IMG/VR virus record: IMGVR_UViG_3300032280_000361 | DNA from: a virus | Taxonomy: Duplodnaviria; Heunggongvirae; Uroviricota; Caudoviricetes | Length of the DNA stretch: 64,000 nucleotides | Direction: 5' to 3' (one strand) | Shown here: one piece after another, positions 18,441-28,595 of the stretch | Layout of the letters: every line of letters starts with the position of its first letter | How positions within the stretch are numbered: position 1 is the stretch's first letter | Translations under genes and position numbers: made by a program | Notes under the pieces: model-generated | Told to the model about the DNA's origin: nothing | The model's database searches: none | The model's input: only the letters and a program-made list of their open reading frames with translations

Positions 18441-19662
18441 TTATTTCAAAAGTTGGGCAAGGTACAATAAATTTACCACCTTTAGATAAGAACTCATCTT
18501 CTCTCTTAACGAACTCAGCAATAAAATGCCAAGGTAATACCAACATATAATCAGGATTCATTGCTCTAACATCTTCTTCTGATAAGATAGGGATGTTAGT
18601 TCCAATTGTTTTTAATCCAAACTTATAATGGCTTCTCTCTGCAATCGCATCAATTAGAGTATTATCTAAACCGAAGTATTGTAAAAGAGTATTTCCTTTT
18701 GTAGAAGCACCATAACCACATATTACCTTTCCTTTAGCTTTTTCAGCTTTAATGAAATCAACTGTCTCTTTTTTCAATGCTTCAATTCTATTATAGAAAT
18801 CTAACCAAATCTCTTCTTTATCTAACTTCAATCCTTTCTCCCATTTGATTAAAGATTCAACTCTTACGTTACATACATCTCTATATGGTGCAGTTGCAAA
18901 TGAAGTTACGGCTGATTTCTTTTTCTTAATATAAATTCTGAAACTTCCTCCGTTTACATCGTTAACTTGACAATCAACAATTTTTAATCCAGCTTTCTTT
19001 AATAACTTTTCCATTGAAGCTAATCCCCAATAGTAAACGTGCTCATGACAAATGTTATCAAACGCTAATTGCTTTATCATTAGAGGGGTGTAACTCATTT
19101 GGATAACAAACAACCCATCATCATCCATTACCTTTGATACATCCTTTAAAAACTCAACTGGCTCATCTAAATCATAGAACATAGCAATACAGGTTACAAC
19201 CTTTGCTTTCTTCTTTTTAAACTTAGATTTTTTGTAGTTTTCCAATGTAAAGAAATCCTGTACAATATCATCTGCAATCTTTGATGATTCTGCTTTAAAT
19301 GAATCTTCTGCGGGGTCAATACCTAATTTCTTAATACCATCTGGAACAAAACTTAATAGTGTTCCATCGTTACATGCAATATCTAACCATAAATCACCTT
19401 CGTTTAATTTTTGAACTGAGGTAACACTATCAACGATACCCTTTAATTCAGTTTTCATTGTTTGATTAATTCCGCTTCTGTACCAATACTTTCCAAACAT
19501 TGAATGGATAGGTGTGCATTTTTCTAAACGGGCTGCACCATACCTCTCATCTATCACAAGAGTCATATCATGCTTACCTGCTCTTGCATCTGTATCTACA
19601 TTAATGAAGTCCGATACATAAAGGTCTCCTAATGAAAATAACTTTTTTGTAAACTTGCTCAT
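18430..19662 (-). CDS. NDP-sugar C-methyltransferase
   Basis: LDIACNDGTLL, FDNICHEH, NGGS, GYGASTKGNTLLQY, LVLPWHF motifs. Confidence 0.85.
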   Translation of the reverse strand: MSKFTKKLFSLGDLYVSDFINVDTDARAGKHDMTLVIDERYGAARLEKCTPIHSMFGKYWYRSGINQTMKTELKGIVDSVTSVQKLNEGDLWLDIACNDGTLLSFVPDGIKKLGIDPAEDSFKAESSKIADDIVQDFFTLENYKKSKFKKKKAKVVTCIAMFYDLDEPVEFLKDVSKVMDDDGLFVIQMSYTPLMIKQLAFDNICHEHVYYWGLASMEKLLKKAGLKIVDCQVNDVNGGSFRIYIKKKKSAVTSFATAPYRDVCNVRVESLIKWEKGLKLDKEEIWLDFYNRIEALKKETVDFIKAEKAKGKVICGYGASTKGNTLLQYFGLDNTLIDAIAERSHYKFGLKTIGTNIPILSEEDVRAMNPDYMLVLPWHFIAEFVKREDEFLSKGGKFIVPCPTFEIIGK

Positions 19663-19663
19663 A

Positions 19664-20608
19664 TTATTTTTTATTTAAAATTGTTGTTAAAGCGTATTCA
19701 TATTTTTCTAATAACGCTTTGTTTGAATGTTTTTCGTAAATTGGTTTCAATGGTTCGATACCATCTGCTATTATATCTCTTAAAGGTCGTTCATCGACAA
19801 ATATTGAAGGTGTTACCCAATTAATATGTCTGAACATCCAACTTCTACTTATTCCTATTGGTTTTCTTACTGATAAAGCGTAATCAATGCTACCACTTAA
19901 ACTTCTTGTGTTATGAGGGTCGTATAAGAATATGTTAATATCATTTTGTTTTAAGAAATTCAACAAATCAGTATGTTCTAAGAAATCATGTGTTACTTCT
20001 AATTCAATATCTTTACCACTATCAGCTATTATTCTTCTCATTTTTTCTACTTCACCTCTAGCAGTATTACCATCACTATCACCAAATGTAGCAAATGGAG
20101 TGTTCAATCTAATCTTTGCTTTGTCAAATTGAGAGCAAACTAACTCAGCTATCTTAGGAAAGTTTTTATCAGGAAACCCAAATCCAAAACTTCCAATCGT
20201 AGGAACTTCATTAGGAGGAAAATCTTTTAAATCCATATCCTCAAATAAAGGTCTAGGAGATGTAAAGTAATTTTGCTCAGGTATATCTTCTTTAGTTGAA
20301 TCTATATCAATTATTCCATTTGGATTAAAGTATAACCCAACTTCATGATAAACAGTAACATGAGGTATATGTCTAATAGGTGATAAAAACTCATCGGTAA
20401 CAAATGGAAGAATAACTGGATAGTAATTATATAATACTAAATCCGGTTGAACTTTATTATACCACTCTGCATACTCATTTGCGTTTTCTACTTCTGCCCA
20501 ATGAGTTTCAAATAGAGAAGATTTTTGTAATGCAGCGTTTACTCTTCTTCCGTAATCCGCTACACCACATCTTTCAGCCTTACGGCTTATGAATAAAATC
20601 TTTTTCAT
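19664..20608 (-). CDS. GT-B glycosyltransferase-like protein
   Basis: CGVADY, GSFGFGFPDKNF, DYALSV motifs; cluster context. Confidence 0.6.
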   Translation of the reverse strand: MKKILFISRKAERCGVADYGRRVNAALQKSSLFETHWAEVENANEYAEWYNKVQPDLVLYNYYPVILPFVTDEFLSPIRHIPHVTVYHEVGLYFNPNGIIDIDSTKEDIPEQNYFTSPRPLFEDMDLKDFPPNEVPTIGSFGFGFPDKNFPKIAELVCSQFDKAKIRLNTPFATFGDSDGNTARGEVEKMRRIIADSGKDIELEVTHDFLEHTDLLNFLKQNDINIFLYDPHNTRSLSGSIDYALSVRKPIGISRSWMFRHINWVTPSIFVDERPLRDIIADGIEPLKPIYEKHSNKALLEKYEYALTTILNKK

Positions 20609-21580
20609 TTACTTCTTTAATAATTTAATATCATTCTCTACCATTATCTTTACTAACTGAGTAAATGATGTTTTTGGTTTCCATCCTAATTTTTCATGTG
20701 ATTTCTTAGCATCACCTAAAAGATAACTAACCTCAACAGGTCTAATAAATCTAGGGTCTACTTTAATGTATGAACTCCAATTATCGATTCCAATTATCTT
20801 AAATGCCTCATCTAAGAATTCTCTGATTGAATGTGTTTCTCCCGTTGCCAATACATAATCTTCCGATTTCTCTTGCTGCATCATTAACCACATACCTTCT
20901 ACATAATCAGGTGCATAACCCCAATCTCTTTTAGATTCTAAATTACCCAATGAGATATGGTCTGCTAATCCTAAATGAATTTTAGCTACACCATCTGAAA
21001 TCTTACGAGTAACAAATTCATGCCCTCTTCTTTCAGATTCATGATTAAATAAGATACCACTTACAGCAAACATACCATGTGATTCTCTATAGTTCTTTGT
21101 AATCCAATGTGCGTATAACTTAGATACACCATATGGAGAACAAGGATAGAATATAGTATCTTCGTTTGCAGTACCACCTTGCTTACCAAACATTTCCGAA
21201 GAAGATGCCTGATAGAACTTAGTGTTCTTATTACCATACTCTCTTATTGCTTCTAATACTCTTAATGCACCTAAACCTGTGATATCAGATGTTTGTTCAG
21301 GCATTGTCCAACTCTCTCCCACAAATGATTGTGCTCCTAAGTTATAAACCTCATGTGGTTCACAATCTTTGATAGCTCTCAATAGTGAGTTTTGGTCAGA
21401 TAAATCTCCTTTTAACAAAGAAATCTTCCCATCTAAGTGTGCTATATTAGGTGAATAGTAATTCGCCTTTCTTCTTTCAATTCCAAATACTTCGTAATCT
21501 CCTCTTTCTAAAAGGAAATCCGCTAAATGTGACCCATCCATTCCGTTAATACCGGTGATTAGTGCTCTTTTCTTTTTCAT
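20609..21580 (-). CDS. gmd: GDP-mannose 4,6-dehydratase
   Basis: ALITGINGMDGSHLA, YNLGAQSFV, YQASSSE, YGVSK, NHES, RDWG motifs. Confidence 0.95.
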   Translation of the reverse strand: MKKKRALITGINGMDGSHLADFLLERGDYEVFGIERRKANYYSPNIAHLDGKISLLKGDLSDQNSLLRAIKDCEPHEVYNLGAQSFVGESWTMPEQTSDITGLGALRVLEAIREYGNKNTKFYQASSSEMFGKQGGTANEDTIFYPCSPYGVSKLYAHWITKNYRESHGMFAVSGILFNHESERRGHEFVTRKISDGVAKIHLGLADHISLGNLESKRDWGYAPDYVEGMWLMMQQEKSEDYVLATGETHSIREFLDEAFKIIGIDNWSSYIKVDPRFIRPVEVSYLLGDAKKSHEKLGWKPKTSFTQLVKIMVENDIKLLKK

Positions 21581-22200
21581 ATATTATTGTAAAAATTGTT
21601 TTGCTTTTCTTGTCTTTCGATTTGTTTGTGGTGATATAATGAGAACCTTTCTTCTGCAGGAAAATTAGCAAAAGTATTATAACCACTAATTCTTTCATGC
21701 ACTTTACCGAACCACTCTACATCATTTGTATTTTTGTAAATTCTTGTTTGATAATCAGGAAAGTTTACCCATCCTTTTTCATCTACTCTCCATCCCCACC
21801 CTTTAATATGTTCTTCAGTTAATCCGTTTACCGTATTTACTCTCGGTACAAACACTATATCAACATTATTACTTTCCAAAATTGTTTTAATATTTTTCAT
21901 TAAATATTCAGTTGGAATCTCATCTGCATCAATTTGGAAAATATAATCTCCACTACAATTCTTTTTAAGATTGTTTTTAAATGTTGCGAAATCTTTGTTA
22001 AGTGGGAATGATACTATCTTAGTTTGTTTATTTATATCACCAAAGATAGTTAAGAAGTCTGATACTTCTTTCGTAACACCATTTGTATCATATTGAATTA
22101 TAATCTCATCTTCCTCCTCAATTCTACCCTGAAGGAAGTTAGTTAATTCTATAATCTCTTTCAGTTCATTACAAACTGTTATTGCGTAACTTATTTTCAT
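21577..22200 (-). CDS. glycosyltransferase family 2
   Basis: ITVCNE, IDADE, PDYQTR, VHE motifs. Confidence 0.85.
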   Translation of the reverse strand: MKISYAITVCNELKEIIELTNFLQGRIEEEDEIIIQYDTNGVTKEVSDFLTIFGDINKQTKIVSFPLNKDFATFKNNLKKNCSGDYIFQIDADEIPTEYLMKNIKTILESNNVDIVFVPRVNTVNGLTEEHIKGWGWRVDEKGWVNFPDYQTRIYKNTNDVEWFGKVHERISGYNTFANFPAEERFSLYHHKQIERQEKQNNFYNNI

Positions 22201-22203
22201 TTA

Positions 22204-22737
22204 TTAATCTGTTAAATTTTCTCTCCTTTCTTTTTGTTTTTGAGAAGGATTTGATGATGGTAAAAATTTATCTCTTAAATATTCTTTATCTATTGTTAAA
22301 ATCTCAACACTTTTAATTGAGGTCATTTTATATTCTCTATAGTTGCCTTCATATATTAATGGTTTCTTTTTTAAAGCATTGAATATAGGTGCACCATCAG
22401 CTTGAAATGTTCTTAACAAAAATCTAAATTCCTCTAGTTCATTAATCTTTTCCTCATTAACCGGCCCCATAGTAGGTTTGATTGCAGTAAAGAATTGTTC
22501 TGGATTTACATGTTTTAATTTTATAGCAGGAAATCTAACTTGCTTATCTATAAACTTTCCTATTAAAAATATATAAGATGTACTCAATCCTGTCAATGTT
22601 CTAGTTTTACCATCAGCTGCATATTTGTACACTATAACTTTGTAGAAATTACCAGGTTTCATTAATCCATGTGCAATAGTTTTTCTATCACTTATAATGT
22701 TATCCCATTGTCCGGTAAATATTCTACTATTTGGCAT
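22204..22737 (-). CDS. hypothetical protein
   Basis: ORF in the same gene run. Confidence 0.6.
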   Translation of the reverse strand: MPNSRIFTGQWDNIISDRKTIAHGLMKPGNFYKVIVYKYAADGKTRTLTGLSTSYIFLIGKFIDKQVRFPAIKLKHVNPEQFFTAIKPTMGPVNEEKINELEEFRFLLRTFQADGAPIFNALKKKPLIYEGNYREYKMTSIKSVEILTIDKEYLRDKFLPSSNPSQKQKERRENLTD

Positions 22738-23972
22738 TAATCAGGAAGTATTAAATCAATTTTTTGTGCAACCTTAATGTGAGTATTAGCTATTTTTCTT
22801 AAAGAATCTGTCATAGAATTCATACTAAATTTAACCTTATTTGTTTCACCTAATTTCTTAGATTCAGCTGAATACTTATCATAGTTCTTATAAATGTCAA
22901 GCATCTTAACCGCTGCATTACTATAATTTACATAAAACCATTGTGTATCTTTTAGTAAGAATTGATTTGCTGCACTTTCATCAACATTTTTCAATTGCCC
23001 TTCTAATAAAACTGCACCTTTTTCATCTAAGAAATCTAAGTGCCCACTCCATTTAGAAACAACTACAGGTTTACCTGTCATACTGAATTCTAAAAGAGGT
23101 CTTCCATATCCTTCTCCATGTGTAAATGATACAGATGCCTTTACTTTAGGATGATTGTATAACTTCCACATATCTTCCTCACTTAAATCACCATGTAATA
23201 AATAGATAGGTGCTGAACCATTTACTTTAGAACTAGCATCTTCGATTTTCTTTCTCATTTCTTCTCTATCTCTTACCGAAAATCCTGCTGATGATGTTTT
23301 AAGAACTAATGCTGGTTTTTTGCCTTTACTTCTTGAAAATGCAGATAAGAAAGTTTGGATTAATCCTCCATTATCTTTTCTATCATGATATAATCCTCCA
23401 GGTAACCAATGCCCTACAAATAAAAAGATAAAATCTTCTTCGATTTGGTCTAACAATTCTAATCCACCGGTTTTATGATAATCACATCCTTCAAATAAAA
23501 CTTCAATTGGTTTAGTTAACTTATGTTCAGCTAAAATTTGTTGAGTATCTTTATGCTTTTCATGATAAATGGTATCCGCAATTCCTTTTTTAGAATGTTC
23601 GGAAGTTGTAATAATCAAATCCATTTTATTACAACCATCTATCCAATCTTTAGCAACTAAGTTAGTTTCAATACCAGCAGTTATGCCGATATTAAATTTA
23701 CCCATTCTTTGAAATTCGTTTGGAACGGTTACTTGCACATAGATATCAACCTCTCTATCTACCGATGTAACGGTATTAAGGTTAATCCATTTATGGAATT
23801 CATTTTGTGGATTTAATTGGTCCATTGGGCAATTTCCCCACTTTGTTGATACTACCTTAATATCATATAAATCTAAATCTTTAAAAGATTTTAAAAGGTC
23901 TCTACTATGGTCTCCGTAGCCACTTCTCGTAGATACTGGAGCCTGAAAAACTAATAATGGTTTTTGTGTCAT
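22737..23972 (-). CDS. glycosyltransferase family 4 (GT-B)
   Basis: SGYG, RKD, GEGYGRPLLE motifs. Confidence 0.85.
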   Translation of the reverse strand: MTQKPLLVFQAPVSTRSGYGDHSRDLLKSFKDLDLYDIKVVSTKWGNCPMDQLNPQNEFHKWINLNTVTSVDREVDIYVQVTVPNEFQRMGKFNIGITAGIETNLVAKDWIDGCNKMDLIITTSEHSKKGIADTIYHEKHKDTQQILAEHKLTKPIEVLFEGCDYHKTGGLELLDQIEEDFIFLFVGHWLPGGLYHDRKDNGGLIQTFLSAFSRSKGKKPALVLKTSSAGFSVRDREEMRKKIEDASSKVNGSAPIYLLHGDLSEEDMWKLYNHPKVKASVSFTHGEGYGRPLLEFSMTGKPVVVSKWSGHLDFLDEKGAVLLEGQLKNVDESAANQFLLKDTQWFYVNYSNAAVKMLDIYKNYDKYSAESKKLGETNKVKFSMNSMTDSLRKIANTHIKVAQKIDLILPD

Positions 23973-23976
23973 AACT

Positions 23977-24411
23977 TTATTTTCCTGTTGAACCGAATCC
24001 GCCTTCGCCTCTTTCGGTGTTAGATAATTCGTTTACTTCGTTAAATTCAATTGGTGGATGTGGGATAATTATAATTTGACAAACTCTATCGCCTACTTTA
24101 TAATTTTCTCTCTCTACATTATCTATTCCTTGTATCTTATTGAATGTAGCCTGCAATTCTCCTCTATATCCACTATCGATTACTCCAACTGAATTACTCA
24201 ATTGTAAGTTTGTTTTTCTGATAGATGAACGAGGGAATACTAACCCTACAAATCCTTCAGGTATTTCTAATGCTATACCCAATCCATATGTTATAGAACC
24301 TAATGTTTCACCTATAATTGTTGTTGCAACTAAATCTAATCCTGCATCTCCATTTTTTGCATAAGATGGAACAACTGCATCAGGATGTATTTTTTTAATG
24401 TTTACTTTCAT
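23977..24411 (-). CDS. dut: trimeric dUTPase
   Basis: AGLDL, PRSS, GVIDSGYRGE, RGEGGFGSTG motifs. Confidence 0.95.
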   Translation of the reverse strand: MKVNIKKIHPDAVVPSYAKNGDAGLDLVATTIIGETLGSITYGLGIALEIPEGFVGLVFPRSSIRKTNLQLSNSVGVIDSGYRGELQATFNKIQGIDNVERENYKVGDRVCQIIIIPHPPIEFNEVNELSNTERGEGGFGSTGK

Positions 24412-24664
24412 AATATCTTCTTCTTACTTTTGCACCCAATTCTTCATTGTTCGGTGTATCTAAAATTGTTCTTTCGTCTACTGTTATTAGGTTTCTACTA
24501 CTACCCATATAACACTGTCTACATAATTGTCCAGCTCCTTCAACATATCCAATTCTGAAATCTATGTGAGTTGTTTTTAATGTATCAGTTTCTACTCCAC
24601 ATTGAATACAGGTTTCAAATATATCAAATTCATCTTTTGGAAATAATTCTAATTGCTTTCCCAT
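24395..24664 (-). CDS. small Zn-finger protein
   Basis: CIQC...YVEGAGQLCRQC. Confidence 0.65.
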   Translation of the reverse strand: MGKQLELFPKDEFDIFETCIQCGVETDTLKTTHIDFRIGYVEGAGQLCRQCYMGSSRNLITVDERTILDTPNNEELGAKVRRRYYESKH

Positions 24665-24665
24665 A

Positions 24666-26072
24666 TTATTCTTTTATTTTAAATAAATCAAATCGTTTTC
24701 TAGGTTTCCAATTTTTAAATGCTCCTTCCATTCCATCAATTAAAGTTTGACACATTCTTTTAGCATTATATCCATGTTCAGGAGTCATAAAGAATTCATG
24801 TCCTTTCATACCCATCTTCTTTCTCTCTTCTTTAGGGATATCATACCAATATCTCATAGCATCTGCTAAATCCTTAATATCAATTTTATCATCAATAATA
24901 TATGGTGTAGGAACTGAACCTGTCATTGTTTGTGCCTTAGCCCATAGCGGTTTAACCCATTCTCCATAAGTTACCTTATCCATTGAATCTCTCCAATTAT
25001 GAAGTGAACCTATTTTAACATAATCTTCAGCAACTAATAATTCACCACTATCCTTCCAACGGAATCCACATTGGTCTTGCAATCCACCGGTTGTTAATAC
25101 AATAATTGGTGTGCCCGCCATTACTGATTCCGCAGTTCCTAACCCGAATCCTTCATTACCACAAATGTTAATTGATACATCTGAAATATTTAAAACTTGA
25201 TTAAGTTGTTCGGTTGATAACCTTCCTGTCGAAAATTTTATATTAGTAGTAGGAGATATTCTTTGAATAACCGCAGGTAAATCTGTACCATTTTCATCAA
25301 CGGGCTGAGTATGCATCAGTAATAACACTTTATCTTTTTGCTCAGGTGTTAATGTTTTACAAAATTCATCATACGCCCAAATTACATCTGATGGTTGCTT
25401 TCTACGAATGTTTCTGTTTGACCAATGGAATACAAAATCATATTTTTTTCCTTCAAACATTTGATTCTTAAACGCATCTAATTCAGCACTTTCTTCTAAT
25501 GGTTTGTATAATTCAGAAACGCCATGAGGTACATACGATACCTGCCAATCTTCTCTAGGTACCCATGTTTTCCCATTCTCTAATTTACCAACTCTTTTGG
25601 TAATACCATAAGTTTGCTTTGAAATACACCCAATCCAATCACAACTTTCGTAGTAATCTCTGTTGTAGTGAGGGTCTGGTAAATCATCCCAAATATGATA
25701 GAAAAATATTGGTGTAGTTTGTCTGATTTCATGCTCGATATCATACAACCATATCCAATATCTCGGGTCTGTAAAGTGTAAGATAGCATCTGGATTATGC
25801 TTATCTATTAATTGCTTAACGATACCATAATCTCCGTATCCACTATAAGGGTAAATTGTTACATTACCTTCTGTTAAACCGGCAACTCTTCTTGCATCAT
25901 CAGATACATCAACAATCTTTCCCTGCTCAGGATGATTAATCGCTGCACCTAACTGAATCCAATCGTATTTGTGAAGAGTACCTAAAACTAATTCTTTTGA
26001 CATAGTAGCTATTCCACTATGCATTCTTAAATCATCTGATAAAAGTAAGATTGTCTTTCTTTTGTTCGCCAT
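24666..26072 (-). CDS. glycosyltransferase family 4 (GT-B)
   Basis: SDDLRMHSG, NRNIRRKQ, NEGFGLGTAE motifs. Confidence 0.85.
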   Translation of the reverse strand: MANKRKTILLLSDDLRMHSGIATMSKELVLGTLHKYDWIQLGAAINHPEQGKIVDVSDDARRVAGLTEGNVTIYPYSGYGDYGIVKQLIDKHNPDAILHFTDPRYWIWLYDIEHEIRQTTPIFFYHIWDDLPDPHYNRDYYESCDWIGCISKQTYGITKRVGKLENGKTWVPREDWQVSYVPHGVSELYKPLEESAELDAFKNQMFEGKKYDFVFHWSNRNIRRKQPSDVIWAYDEFCKTLTPEQKDKVLLLMHTQPVDENGTDLPAVIQRISPTTNIKFSTGRLSTEQLNQVLNISDVSINICGNEGFGLGTAESVMAGTPIIVLTTGGLQDQCGFRWKDSGELLVAEDYVKIGSLHNWRDSMDKVTYGEWVKPLWAKAQTMTGSVPTPYIIDDKIDIKDLADAMRYWYDIPKEERKKMGMKGHEFFMTPEHGYNAKRMCQTLIDGMEGAFKNWKPRKRFDLFKIKE

Positions 26073-26093
26073 AACTTATTAATAATCTCTTTT

Positions 26094-26285
26094 TTAAAAT
26101 TGTGAACCTGATATTTGTAATTCTCCGAATGAGTCTATCTTTTGTTTAAAGATTGGGTCTTCTACATAAAGTGTAAGTGAGCGGTTAACTAATTTTTGTA
26201 AACTCATCTTATCATCTAATGTAGTTCTCTTAAATGAAGAATACAAATCTCTAAGGATTTTCACACTTGTTAATTTTACATCCAT
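26094..26285 (-). CDS. small putative DNA-binding (ribbon-helix-helix-like) protein
   Basis: MDVKLTSVKI strand followed by two helices; start moved to 26285. Confidence 0.5.
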   Translation of the reverse strand: MDVKLTSVKILRDLYSSFKRTTLDDKMSLQKLVNRSLTLYVEDPIFKQKIDSFGELQISGSQF

Positions 26286-26361
26286 ATCTATCGTTTTGTA
26301 TTTGTATATATAGATATATATATGTATTTTTGATAAAACGATAAGTTTTTTGAATATTTTT

Positions 26362-27225
26362 TTAATCTTTATAAAGTGGACAGAGTTTTCTTTCTTTGAA
26401 CTCACACCAATTACAAGATGTTCCTTTTTTAGTTGGATAATCTATATCTCTATAGTTTCCGGCTTCATCAAACACCGTATTCACAAACTCCATAAATCCA
26501 TTCCATGCTTTATTTACAGATGGTTTACCGCTTGCTGGCACATGCTTTGAGATACGAGGAATAGGATAATCAGCATCCTCTTTAACTTTTCTTTTTAGTA
26601 TATGGAATTCTACCTTAACTTTATCCTCACTTATGTTATATTTCTCAGCATAGAATTTTTTGTAGATAAGAATCTGTGCGTTTTTAATTGGGTCTGATTT
26701 CTGATATTTACTCCAACCCGCAGTTGATGTTTTGAAATCTATAATTGTAACTGATTTATCCCATGTATCTCTAACGATAACATCTACAAATCCTATGAAA
26801 TTTACATTATCTTTAATTTGCATATTAAGTGGTAACTCAATAGCAACTAATTCAAATCCTTTCTTATTAAAAAAACTTCCTAATTTAGTTTTGAAGTAGT
26901 GAATTATCTTTCTACCATCTCCGTAGAATTCTTCCAACTCTTCTTTTGTGCAAGGAAATTCTCCTTCTCCTAACTTTTCTTTTTCTTTGTTAAAATTTTC
27001 AACTAATCTTTTTCCCAAAAGTCCATCTAAATCTAAAGCCATTGCAGCAGTTTTAGTGGTATTATACATTATATCTAAAAAGTGTTGTAGAGTTTCGTGC
27101 ATAGCAGTACCAAATATCAAATGTATATTTGCATTTGATACAGATAACTTATCTATATAATTTAATTTGTATTGTTGCGGACAAGTTGTCCACATTGAAT
27201 ATTGTGAAAACGAAACTCTTCCCAT
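26362..27225 (-). CDS. Cas4/AddB-like PD-(D/E)XK exonuclease with Fe-S cysteines
   Basis: SFSQ..CP, GTAMH, GFVD, IDFKT, CNWC...C. Confidence 0.85.
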   Translation of the reverse strand: MGRVSFSQYSMWTTCPQQYKLNYIDKLSVSNANIHLIFGTAMHETLQHFLDIMYNTTKTAAMALDLDGLLGKRLVENFNKEKEKLGEGEFPCTKEELEEFYGDGRKIIHYFKTKLGSFFNKKGFELVAIELPLNMQIKDNVNFIGFVDVIVRDTWDKSVTIIDFKTSTAGWSKYQKSDPIKNAQILIYKKFYAEKYNISEDKVKVEFHILKRKVKEDADYPIPRISKHVPASGKPSVNKAWNGFMEFVNTVFDEAGNYRDIDYPTKKGTSCNWCEFKERKLCPLYKD

Positions 27226-27228
27226 TGA

Positions 27229-27693
27229 TTATTTTTTACTTTTTTTAACTTTTTCCGTCTTAGGTAATTTTTCTTTACCTTTAATTCCATACTTATCTTT
27301 TAAGTATTGTTTATATTCTTCACCTTCTTTAATACAAGTTAAAATATGATAATAATCTATAGCAGTTGATTTAGAACATCCATATTCCTGTTGAAGTAAC
27401 CCCACTATTTGTTCATCTGATGTTTCCTCTGCTTTACCTTTTATATATCTGAAATAATATCTGCCAGATGGAATTATACCAATTAATAATTTATAAAATA
27501 ATTCCGGTTCTAAAGTTTGAGTTAATGGTTGCAATTGAGCAATCATATCTACAAAATCATAATTCATCGAAAGAAATCTATGAATCATATAATTACTCCA
27601 AGTCTTTTTATCTTCTTCCGATAAATCTCTGAAGTAATCCGGTTTTTGGTCTTTTGATATTGCGTTTAAATGGTCAAATAATGTCTTAGCCAT
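27229..27693 (-). CDS. clamp loader small subunit (T4 gp62-like)
   Basis: LFDHLNAI, YMIHRFLSM, YFRYIK; replication context. Confidence 0.7.
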   Translation of the reverse strand: MAKTLFDHLNAISKDQKPDYFRDLSEEDKKTWSNYMIHRFLSMNYDFVDMIAQLQPLTQTLEPELFYKLLIGIIPSGRYYFRYIKGKAEETSDEQIVGLLQQEYGCSKSTAIDYYHILTCIKEGEEYKQYLKDKYGIKGKEKLPKTEKVKKSKK

Positions 27694-28265
27694 TAGCTTT
27701 TGATATAAGTGTTATAAAATTTTTGTTTAAATTGTTCATACCCAATTCTACAATTTTCTATCCAGTCTTCAGTCCCTCCATCATCGCTTACCCATTTGTA
27801 AGAAGTGATAGGTATTTTGAACTCTCTACAAACTCTAGTGATTGAGTATAATTCCATCTCAAAGATACTACAATTATTTAATAATTCCAACTTTTGAGAA
27901 GGGAAAGATTTAATTTTATCCTTTGTTATGAACGTTTCAGTTGTGAAGCATTTAACCCCCATATCCATTACAGGAAACGAACCACCATCTTCTTCAAATG
28001 GGGTAACTGAATATCTTACAAATGGTTCTGCATCCATATCACCATTGAATACTTCTTTTACGGTTACTAATGTTCCTTTTTCTAATTGGAATGAACCACA
28101 ACTCCCAAAGTTACACACAAATTTAGGGTTATATTGTTGAATAGCTAATGCAGTTTTATACCCTGCATTTATCTTACCAACTCCAGTATGAATTATCGGT
28201 GAACCAAATAGAGTAGTTTCTCCATTTGATTCATCCGGCAATGCACATATGAATAATACTTCCAT
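27693..28265 (-). CDS. MTA/SAH nucleosidase-like protein (PNP/UDP family)
   Basis: TGVGKINA, NFGSCG, FEMEL, KWVSD motifs. Confidence 0.8.
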   Translation of the reverse strand: MEVLFICALPDESNGETTLFGSPIIHTGVGKINAGYKTALAIQQYNPKFVCNFGSCGSFQLEKGTLVTVKEVFNGDMDAEPFVRYSVTPFEEDGGSFPVMDMGVKCFTTETFITKDKIKSFPSQKLELLNNCSIFEMELYSITRVCREFKIPITSYKWVSDDGGTEDWIENCRIGYEQFKQKFYNTYIKS

Positions 28266-28266
28266 A

Positions 28267-28584
28267 TTAAATTTCTAATGAACTTTTAGTAACTACAGGC
28301 TCTTCAGGTGTAGTAGGTGTTTCTGTTTGTGGTGTCGATTGTCTTCTTAATTCAGCTGGTAATAATTCATCCAATGGTTTCCCACAATTACCACATAATA
28401 ATACATCCACCGGTAATACAGCATCTTTAGCAGTATTTGCTACGAATCTTGAAATCTTCTTCATCATTACTGCCTGAATAAAGTACGGGTAATTACAATG
28501 AGGACAATTCATGTCTTGTGCTTGAGATAAATCCACTCTAGGTTGTTGTGGAACTCCTGGTTGGTTTCCTAAAATTTGTGCCAT
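28267..28584 (-). CDS. Zn-ribbon protein
   Basis: CPHC...CGNCG. Confidence 0.65.
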   Translation of the reverse strand: MAQILGNQPGVPQQPRVDLSQAQDMNCPHCNYPYFIQAVMMKKISRFVANTAKDAVLPVDVLLCGNCGKPLDELLPAELRRQSTPQTETPTTPEEPVVTKSSLEI

Positions 28585-28595
28585 TTTGTTTTGTT

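Noticed and set aside
12112-26072. Bacterial O-antigen locus or chimeric assembly
   Set aside because: Same strand, packing and composition as flanking phage genes, interleaved with dUTPase and phage-type hypotheticals, and no wzx/wzy/ABC exporter.
26362-27225. Cas4-like gene as evidence of a CRISPR-Cas system
   Set aside because: Standalone Cas4-like nucleases are common in phage replication modules; no array or other cas genes are present.
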